This document shows positions 1 through 7,065 of a stretch of DNA of 7,543 nt, piece after piece (the first letter of the stretch is position 1; every line of letters starts with the position of its first letter). Below the pieces are notes generated by a model, which saw only the letters and a list, made by a program, of their open reading frames with translations, had not been told where the DNA came from and searched no databases. The DNA comes from Octopus sinensis (Eukaryota): contig NW_021828743.1 of assembly GCF_006345805.1 (NCBI RefSeq), positions 1-7,543 of the forward strand. Reading direction: 5' to 3'. The position numbers were made by a program, and so were the translations under genes.

Positions 1-125
1 TGTATGTATGTATGTATGTATGTTGGTAGGTAGTAAGTAGGTAGGTAAGAAGGAAGGTACGTAAGTACGAATGTATATATGTGTGTATGTTTGAATGTAT
101 GTATCTGTGTGTGTGTGGGTGTGTG
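1..125. repeat. Compound microsatellite (TGTA)n/(TAGG)n/(TG)n
   Basis: Read directly. It runs into a SINE-A 3' half, so it is probably that SINE's internal microsatellite, with the head lying upstream of the window. Confidence 0.9.
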
Positions 126-127
126 AG

Positions 128-348
128 TCTGTGTTTATCTTTGTCCCCCACCATCACTTGACAACCGGTGTTGGTTCATTTGAGACTCGTAACTTATTGG
201 TTCGATAAAAAGAGACCGTCAGAATAAGTACCAGGCTTAAAATAAAAATAAGTACTGGGGCCGCTGTCTTTGACTAATCCCGTCCAGGTGGTGCCCCAGC
301 CTGGCCGCAGTCCAATGACTGAAACAAATAAAGGATAAAAGACAAAAG
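128..348 (+). mobile_element. SINE family A, 3' half (diverged)
   Basis: Colinear with 1460-1612 and 3629-3818: tttgtccccc..cttgacaacc..aataagtaccagg..ctgggg..ggccgcagtccaatgactgaaac, followed by an A-rich tail. Confidence 0.85.
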
Positions 349-408
349 TAGCATTACGCTCATTGTGGTCTTCCATATTTTTTCCAGTATCTGTCTCGGA
401 AGAGACCT

Positions 409-432
409 ACACACACACACACACACACACAC
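409..432. repeat. (CA)n microsatellite
   Basis: Pure CA run. Confidence 0.95.
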
Positions 433-721
433 ATTGGTATTTATTATCAGCAGTCAGCTAGCTTTGTTCAGTTCTTTTGATGCTAAAACCTTATTGATCA
501 CATGACCTTACTTTGGCGTTAGAGTCTTACTAATCACATGGCTATGTTTCTTAGCCTCAAAAGAAACATCTTAAGCTGCTGCCGATTATGGAAACTGAGC
601 CAAAAAGCTGAATGGATCAGTGACAACAGCTGCTCAGCAACTGCTTTGTAGAGTCTCAAGGCCATTAGAACAAAGATATATCGCAGGTTTGGCTACAATT
701 TACAGGACAGATCACCATCAC

Positions 722-888
722 AGGCGTAGGAGTGGCTGTGTGGTAAGTAGTTTGCTTACCAAACCACATGGTTCCGGGTTCAGTCCCACTGCGTGTTACC
801 TTGGGCAAGTGTCTTCTACTATAGCCTGGGGCCGACCAAAGCCTTGTGAGTGGATTTGGTAGACGGAAACTGAAAGAAGCCTGTCGTA
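722..888 (+). mobile_element. SINE family A, 5' half (tRNA-derived head plus CORE-like segment)
   Basis: Pol III A-box-like TGGCTGTGTGG at 733-743 and B-box-like GGTTCAGTCCC at 777-787. ACCTTGGGCAAGT at 798-810 resembles the CORE-SINE domain (from memory; octopus OR SINEs were classed as CORE-SINEs). About 93% identical by eye to 1277-1414. It stops exactly where the internal microsatellite would begin. Confidence 0.88.
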
Positions 889-892
889 ATAT

Positions 893-1162
893 AAATCCTT
901 ATTTCTTTTGAAATCAGACTATGGTGCCGGGCCAATAACCATAGCAACAACCGTAGCAACCTATTCGACATAACCATGGGATCCTCGGATTCAGCTCAGG
1001 TCACTGACTTAGTTGGATTTTATATACTACACCAGCTCCAAAGGCACTTCCCTAATATCAAGGGAGGCCTATGTAGGGACGACGCTTTATTAATTACTAA
1101 AAGCATAAATAACTCCTCCTCAGAAAGATCTACATAAATTCTTTTCTAACCTAAACCTATCA
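893..1162 (+). pseudogene. Decayed Penelope-like element reverse transcriptase fragment
   Basis: The frame starting at 901 reads ISFEIRLWCRANNHSNNRSNLFDITMGSSDSAQVTDLVGFYILHQLQRHFPNIKGGLCRDDALLI. This matches the PLE RT signature LFDVTMGSxDGAExCELVGLYxL...GLYRDD; CRDD (1072-1083) is one substitution from YRDD. Frameshifted continuations KSL (893-901) and QKDLHKFFSNLNLS (1121-1162) fit the flanking RT sequence. Subclade (Naiad-like?) is from memory only. Confidence 0.8.
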
Positions 1163-1233
1163 GACCTTCTATCTATAAATGCTCTAATATCTATACAGCC
1201 TTGGTTTTTTTATCTTATTACGCAAAAAATTCT

Positions 1234-1272
1234 TATATATATATATATTTGTATGTATGTATGTATATATAT
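1234..1272. repeat. (TA)n/(TATG)n microsatellite
   Basis: Read directly. Confidence 0.9.
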
Positions 1273-1276
1273 GCAC

Positions 1277-1421
1277 AGCTTGCTAACCAAACACATGGTT
1301 CCGGGTTCAGTCCCACTGCGTGGCATCTTGGGCAAGTGTCTTCTGCTATAGCCTCGGGCCGACCAATGCCTTGTGAGTGGATTTGGTAGACGGAAACTGA
1401 AAGAAGCCTGTCGTATATATG

Positions 1422-1454
<33 letters not shown>

Positions 1455-1612
1455 TTGTGTGTCTGTATTTGTCCCCCTAGCATTGCTTGACAACCGATGC
1501 TGGTGTTTACGTCCCCGTCACTTAGCGGTTCGGCAAAAGAATAAGACCCGGGGTCGATTTGCTCGACTAAAGGCGGTGCTCCAGCATGGCCGCAGTCAAA
1601 TGACTGAAACAA
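1277..1612 (+). mobile_element. SINE family A, near-complete (5'-truncated, internal microsatellite ~1412-1460, internal deletion near 1540)
   Basis: B-box GGTTCAGTCCC, CORE-like segment, (TA)n(TG)n spacer, then the 3' half ending cagtcaaatgactgaaacaa. It lacks the A-box. This copy links the orphan heads and orphan tails as one family. Confidence 0.9.
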
Positions 1613-1705
1613 TGTATGTATGTATGTATGTATGCATACTTACAATACATATATACATAAACGTGTGTGTGTGTGTGTATGTGTGTGTGTGTGTTTGTGT
1701 TTGTG
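1613..1705. repeat. (TGTA)n/(TG)n microsatellite
   Basis: Read directly. Confidence 0.9.
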
Positions 1706-1891
1706 TGTCTTTTTGTTTGTTTACTTGATAACCGCTATTGGTTTGTTTACGTTCTCGCAACTTATCGATCGGCAAAAGAGACCCATGGAATAAGCACTAG
1801 ACTGTGGTCGATTTGTTCAACTAAACTTTTCAAGTCGCAGTCCCAGCTTGGCCGCAGTCTGATGGCTGCAACGGAATAAATAAAAAAAAAA
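1706..1891 (+). mobile_element. SINE family A, older diverged 3' half with poly(A)-like end
   Basis: cttgataaccgctattggtttgtttacg..cggcaaaagagacc..gtcgatttgttcaact..ggccgcagtc aligns with the other 3' halves. Confidence 0.75.
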
Positions 1892-2177
1892 AGATACATT
1901 CTTTATCCGGCAGTTCTACGTCAGAATGGGTGTGCCCCGCACCAAATTCTTTCATTTGATTCTGATCAAAAGAAAGACTTATCTATATACAGCAACCGAA
2001 TTGTCAATCATTTTTTATTGGTCTCGTCTTCGTATAAAACAAAGACCTTTTTTGTCGGTTGTCACGTCTGAAACGAATGAAGAAAGAAAAATATTATTCG
2101 TTATCGGAACTCTGTTCGCACAATCAATCATTTCAAGTTACTGCAAATGTTTACTTTTGTTCTTGTGTATGTGAGTG

Positions 2178-2435
2178 AATGTGTGTGTGTGTGTGTGTGG
2201 TGTGTGTGTATATTTGTATATATTGACTCTGTGTGTATACATGTGTATACATATGTATATATATATACACACGTATACATATATATATAGACATTCATAT
2301 ATGTATGCATATATACATATACATACATACATACATATATATATATATACGCGTACACGCAGACACACACAACACACCCACACCCACGCAGACAGACGAA
2401 TATGTTGACGTAACTACATAGCATGCATCACACTC

Positions 2436-2475
<40 letters not shown>

Positions 2476-2498
2476 GATACATATATAAATAATATTAA

Positions 2499-2535
<37 letters not shown>

Positions 2536-2596
2536 CATATATATATATACATATCATATACAACACACACATCATATATATATGTATGTATGTATG

Positions 2597-2627
<31 letters not shown>

Positions 2628-2668
2628 ATATATATATAGTGATATATATATATATTATATATATATAT

Positions 2669-2720
<52 letters not shown>

Positions 2721-2745
2721 TATTATAATATATATACATACATAT
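2178..2745. repeat. Long compound microsatellite (TG)n/(TA)n/(TACA)n/(TATG)n
   Basis: Read directly, with short degenerate interruptions. Confidence 0.92.
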
Positions 2746-2976
2746 AGTATATAGATTGGTTGTGTAAATAACGACTTTCATTAAACTGGATGAACAAATA
2801 TTAATTCTCTGAAAAAAAAAAAACACAAATACGAGGAGTGAACTGATTTTTCTACGAGATTTACATTTTATCGTAAACACAGCATCCTGCAGTCATGAAT
2901 TATATGTAAATACAGTTTGTAGATGTTTATTTAAATAATCATTGACACCAAGTTTTGCTTAGACTGCTTCATCAAT

Positions 2977-3091
2977 TCACAAGTTTAAAGACTTGTATTT
3001 ATTTTTATCCTTAATTTTTGTCGCCAACGTTTGAAGCCATTCCTGGCTCCAAATATGTCCTTGAAAGCTGACTGGCTGATCGTCACCTACT
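2977..3091 (-). CDS. Candidate coding exon of an unidentified host gene
   Basis: Non-repetitive, less AT-rich island after the acceptor ttttatcaaattctgtcag| (3092-3094). One frame reads VGDDQPVSFQGHIWSQEWLQTLATKIKDKNKYKSLNL*. An alternative frame from the AG at 3087-3088 reads VTISQSAFKDIFGARNGFKRWRQKLRIKINTSL*. Possible donors follow 2993 or 2981. No homology recognised. Confidence 0.3.
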
Positions 3092-3132
3092 CTGACAGAA
3101 TTTGATAAAATAAATCTTTAGCCTTCGTCTGT

Positions 3133-3254
3133 CTCTTTTACTCTCTTTTACTCGTTTATTCTTGTACTTGTTTCAGTCATTTTGACTGCGGCCATGCTGG
3201 AGCACCGCGTCTTAGTCGAACAAATCGACTCCAGGACTTATTCTTTGTAAGCCT
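3133..3254 (-). mobile_element. SINE family A, 3' end with (GTAAAAGA)-type tail
   Basis: The reverse complement reads aggcttacaaagaataagtcctggagtcgatttgttcgact..ccagcatggccgcagtcaaaatgactgaaacaagt..gagtaaaagagagtaaaagag. Confidence 0.88.
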
Positions 3255-3628
3255 ATGTATGTATGTATGTATGTATGTATGTATGTATGTATGTATGTAT
3301 GTACTGTATGTACGTATTATGTATGTATGTATGTATTTATGTATGTATGTATGTATGCATGTATTTATGTATGTATGTATGTATGTATGCATGTATGTAT
3401 GCATGTATGCATGTATGTATGTATGCATGTATGTATGTATGTATGCATGTATGCTGTATGTATGTATGCATGTATGCCTGTACGTATGTATGCATGTATG
3501 TATGTATGTATGTATGTATGCATGTATGCATGTATGTATGTATGTATGCATGTATGTATGTAGTATTAATATGTAGGCATGTATGCATGTATGTATGTAT
3601 GTATGTATGTATGTATGTAGGTATGTAT
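3255..3628. repeat. (TATG)n array with interspersed CATG variant units
   Basis: Read directly; it is the source of the MYVC/HTYI ORFs. Confidence 0.95.
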
Positions 3629-3818
3629 GTGTTTGTTTGTCTGTGTTTGTACCCCCCACCCCAACATCGCTTGACAACCGATTCTGGTGTGTTTACGTCC
3701 CCGTAACTTAGAGGTTCGGCAAATGAGACCGATAGAATGAGTACTAAGGCTTACAAAGAATAAGTCCTGGGGTCGATATGCCCGACTAAAGGCGGTACTC
3801 CAGCATGGCCACAGTCAA
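3629..3818 (+). mobile_element. SINE family A, 3' half
   Basis: gtctgtgtttgtaccccc..cgcttgacaaccg..gtttacgtccccgtaacttag..gagaccgatagaatgagtactaaggcttacaaagaataagtcctggggtcga..ggccacagtcaa. It is truncated before the tail. Confidence 0.88.
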
Positions 3819-3890
3819 TACAGCAAAGCATTTTTTCCGTCACTGTAACGCTTCCCCCAATCTCTCACCCCAAATAAAGCAATAAAATAA

Positions 3891-4455
3891 TTATTTCTAC
3901 TCTAGGCACAAGACCTTGAAAATTTTGGAGGAAGGGGGATAGTCGATAACATCGCCCCCCAGTGCGTAACTGATACTTATTTAATCGAATGGATGAAAGG
4001 CAAAGTCGACCTTGGCGGAATTTGAACTCAGAACGTAGCGGTTGACGAAATACCTATTTCTTTACTACCCACAAGGGGGAAACACAGAGAGGACAAACAA
4101 GGACAGACAAACGGATTAAGTCGATTATATCGACCCCAGTGCGTACTGATACTTATTTAATCGATCCGAAAGGATGAAAGGCAAAGTCGACCTCGGCGGA
4201 ATTTGAACTCAGAACGTAGCGGCAGACGAAATACCTATTTCTTACTACCCACAAGGGCTAAAAAACAGAGAGGACAAACAAGGACAGACAAATGGATTAA
4301 GTCGATTATATCAACTCCAGTGCGTAACTGGTACTTAATTTATCGACCCCGAAAGGATGAAAGGCAATGTCGACCTCGGCGAAATTTGAACTCAGAACGT
4401 AGCGGTAGACGAAATACCGGTAAGTATTTCGCCCGGCGTGCTAACAGTTCTGCCA
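3891..4455 (-). mobile_element. SINE family B, head-to-tail triple concatemer
   Basis: One head (4455-4418, A-box-like TGGCAGAACTG) is followed by three body+tail units: 4417-4235, 4234-4054 (181 nt) and 4053-3891. Each unit has a B-box-like GAGTTCAAATT(C/T)C. In the two better-preserved units a central gcctttcatcctttcgg(g/a)tcga segment resembles Meta/Sauria-type SINE domains (from memory). Confidence 0.9.
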
Positions 4456-4525
4456 ACAATACAATAATGATATTAAAAACAAGGACTTTTATCCGGCGCT
4501 CCACCGATTCTACTATAAGACTCAC

Positions 4526-4574
4526 CGTAGTTAATGAGACTTCTATAATGATACTGCAATTAAAGTCTCTTCAA
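4526..4574 (-). other. Candidate small exon (49 nt, or 28 nt from 4553)
   Basis: Acceptor tttctctcag| at 4575-4577, alternative ttgcag| at 4554-4556, and a consensus donor ACG|gtgagt after 4526. The 49-nt form has stops in all three frames. The 28-nt form is open in two frames (YHYRSLINY; IIIEVSLTT). Confidence 0.35.
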
Positions 4575-4588
4575 CTGAGAGAAACTAT

Positions 4589-4626
4589 TTAACACTTGTA
4601 TGCATGTATGTATGTATGTATGTATG

Positions 4627-4660
<34 letters not shown>

Positions 4661-5062
4661 TGTATGTATGTATGTATGTATGTATTTATGTATGTATGTA
4701 TGTATGTATGTATGTATGTATGTATGTGTGCGTGTGTTTGAGTCTGTATATATGTATGCGTATGCGTGTGTATATGTATATATATGTGTGCGTATGTATG
4801 TGTGTTTATATATGTATGTATATATATATATGTGTGTGTGTGTGTAATGCATATATGTATGTGTGTACATATATGTGTGTGTGTGTTTGTGCATATATAT
4901 ATATGCATGTGTGTATGTGTGTATGTATATATTTGTGTATGTGTGTGTAATTGTGTCAGTGCATATATGTATGTATATATATATATATATGTGTGTGTGT
5001 GAATATACGTATGTATGTATGTATGTATGTATGTATGTATGTATGTATGTATGTATGTATAT
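4589..5062. repeat. (TATG)n/(TA)n/(TG)n compound microsatellite
   Basis: Read directly. Confidence 0.95.
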
Positions 5063-5149
5063 GCACGCACGCGCTAATTTACACTTGTTTGGCATGTCAG
5101 TCGTTTTTAATTAAATATGCATACCTGAAGACTGTTCTTATCTCTCTAG

Positions 5150-5253
5150 CTATCCCTCTCTGTCTGTCTTTCTCCCCATCCCACTCTCTCTCCCTGTGAC
5201 ACACTCTCTCCCTCCTTCTATACACACACACACGCACACACACACACACACAC
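5150..5253. repeat. Degenerate (TC)n tract followed by (CA)n
   Basis: Read directly. Confidence 0.8.
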
Positions 5254-5373
5254 AACGACTTTTTAAACGGAAGTACAAGCAAAGATTACAATTCTTTTTG
5301 ACATTCTTCGTATACGCATATTCTTTATTATCTTCGACTTGGTACTTCTTTTACTAATTTTAACGAAAATCAC

Positions 5374-5503
5374 CATTATCATTATTATTATATTATTATT
5401 ATATATTATCATTATTATTATTATCTATCATATTATTATTATATCAATTATTATTATTATTATCATTATTATGATCATTATTATTATCGTATTATTATTA
5501 TTA

Positions 5504-5539
<36 letters not shown>

Positions 5540-6086
5540 TTATTATTATCATCATCAGCATCATAATCATCATCATATTATTATATTATCATTATTATTA
5601 TTTATAATATTATTATATTATATTGTTGTTGTTGTTGTTGTTGTGTTGTTGGTATATTATTATTATTATCATCATCATCATCATCATCCGTATTATTATT
5701 CATTATATTATTATCATCATCATATTATTATTCTTATTTCAGGATTATTATTATTATTATTATATTCATTATTATTTTTATTATTATTATTATTCATATT
5801 ATTATTACATTATTATTATTATATTATTATTTATTACATCATCATCATCATATATTATTATTATTCATTATTATTATTATTATATTATATTATTGTTATT
5901 ATTATCAGTCATCATATAGGTAGTAGTAATTTATTTATCATTATTATTATTGTTAGTATTATTATTATCATTATTATTATCATCATCATCTCATTCATCA
6001 TCATCATCATCATCATCAGATTATTATATTATTTTATTATTATTATTAATTATTATTATTATTATTATTCATATTATTATTATTAC
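5374..6086. repeat. ~710-bp triplet microsatellite (ATT)n/(ATC)n/(GTT)n
   Basis: Read directly; it is the source of the poly-I/Y/H/L ORFs. Confidence 0.95.
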
Positions 6087-6087
6087 A

Positions 6088-6246
6088 AGGCGGCGAGCTG
6101 GCTGAATCGCCGGACGAAATGCTTAGCGGTATTTCGCCTGTCGTTACGTTCTCAGTTCAAATTACTCCGAGGTCGACTTTGGCTTTCATCCTTTCGGGGT
6201 CGATAAATTAAATACCAGTGAAACACTGGGGTCGATGTAATCGACT
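6088..6246 (+). mobile_element. SINE family B, single copy with head, lacking the 3' tail
   Basis: aggcggcgagctggctgaatcg head, hairpin cgaaatgc/gtatttcg at 6115-6136, B-box-like agttcaaatt, then ctttcatcctttcggggtcgat..ccagtgaaacactggggtcgatgtaatcgact. It matches the reverse complement of the 4235-4455 unit. Confidence 0.88.
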
Positions 6247-6317
6247 ATTATTATTACTAAGCGTGAAAGGGCTGACAGAAATACAGTCGTACAAGATTTT
6301 GTAAAATGTATACTTAC

Positions 6318-6419
6318 ATATAAGAGAACAAAATGTACGTAGACCATAGGAAGAGAAAGGGTAAAGAAATAATAAGTAAAATCAAATGTCTTGTTGCTGA
6401 GATAGGTTCTCTTTCTTTC
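6318..6419 (-). CDS. Candidate 102-nt exon encoding a hydrophobic (possibly transmembrane) stretch
   Basis: Strong acceptor ggttttattccttctcaccag| (6420-6422) and consensus donor ATAT|gtaagt. The length is divisible by 3. Two frames are open: KEREPISATRHLILLIISLPFLFLWSTYILFSY and ERKRTYLSNKTFDFTYYFFTLSLPMVYVHFVLLY. Product not recognised. Confidence 0.45.
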
Positions 6420-6553
6420 CTGGTGAGAAGGAATAAAACCAATGGTGTCTTCGAAACATAGGTCGAAAGTAAAAGAGAACTTGAAAACACCTGCGTCAAC
6501 TCCATTTATTTATTTATACTATTACAAATACAGCACATAACCCGGAGTTCTAC

Positions 6554-6634
6554 CTTTGAATAGTCCACTACATCCTGTTACTTGTGTGAATTTTGCTACC
6601 CTGGTAACTGTTTATTGAATTTCCCGGTTGTTAA
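6554..6634 (-). other. Candidate upstream exon (possibly non-coding)
   Basis: Acceptor atcctttgttacag| at 6635-6637 and donor AAAG|gtagaa after 6554. The 81-nt form has stops in all frames; an earlier donor (GG|gtagca) would give LTTGKFNKQLPG. Confidence 0.25.
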
Positions 6635-6667
6635 CTGTAACAAAGGATAATTCATCATCTATTTATA

Positions 6668-6707
<40 letters not shown>

Positions 6708-6730
6708 TATATATATATATATATATATAT
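6668..6730. repeat. (TA)n microsatellite
   Basis: Near-pure TA run. Confidence 0.95.
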
Positions 6731-6761
6731 TTAAAAAAGGAGATGTGGAACACGAGTTGTG

Positions 6762-7055
6762 ATATATAAAAGGAATGAAGAAAATGCTGACAAAATAATT
6801 TAAGTAATTTAAGCAATTTAATTAGGTGAAAGTTCTTTACCGGTTGCGCATTTGTTATGCTTATCAAAAGATGTTTTTTTAAGAGAGATAGAGTTACTTT
6901 CTGATAGATTTTTTCCTCTCAGAAAGTAACTCTATCTCTCTTAAAAAAACATCTTTTGATAAGCATAACAAATGCGCAACCGGTAAAAAGAACTTTCACC
7001 TAATTAAATTACTTAAATTATTTTGTCAGCATTTTCTTCATTTCCTTTTATATAT
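6762..7055. repeat. Long near-perfect inverted repeat (arms 6762-6904 and 6919-7055, 14-nt spacer)
   Basis: The arms are reverse complements. By eye they differ only by three indels (1, 2 and 9 nt) and no substitutions. Confidence 0.95.
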
Positions 7056-7065
7056 ATATATATAT

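Noticed and set aside
433-720. Unique segment as an exon or poly(A) region
   Set aside because: No convincing frame or splice pair, and AATAAA-like hexamers are expected by chance at this AT content.
722-790. tRNA gene
   Set aside because: It has A/B boxes but no complete cloverleaf and continues into a SINE body. The same applies to 4418-4455 and 6088-6165.
620-862. 80-aa ORF sharing HGSGFSPTA..PCEWIW with the ORF at 1201-1389
   Set aside because: The shared peptide is two copies of SINE-A, not a paralogous protein.
1926-2174. 82-aa plus-strand ORF in unique sequence
   Set aside because: No recognisable motif and no splice or other support. The better signal here is a minus-strand acceptor at 2068, which is itself unproven.
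3350-3590. About a dozen TGCATG (RBFOX-like) motifs
   Set aside because: They are explained by a TATG-to-CATG variant spread by slippage, and they are antisense to the candidate host gene.
3891-4417. Regularly spaced repeats as a CRISPR-like array or hammerhead retrozyme
   Set aside because: The units are ~181-nt full repeats with no unique spacers, the context is eukaryotic, and I found no CUGANGA core properly positioned relative to GAAA on either strand.
4203-4592. 129-aa ORF with an internal repeat (NSERSGRRNT)
   Set aside because: It reads the antisense strand of tandem SINE-B units.
5119-5225. Strong minus-strand donor CAG|gtatgc at 5125
   Set aside because: Upstream is a purine-rich (GA)n/(GT)n tract with no credible acceptor, so it is probably a chance match.
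1201-6206. Many 60-187 aa ORFs (MYVC.., HTYI.., poly-I/Y/L/H)
   Set aside because: They are translations of TATG/TA/TG and ATT/ATC microsatellites, which lack stops in several frames.
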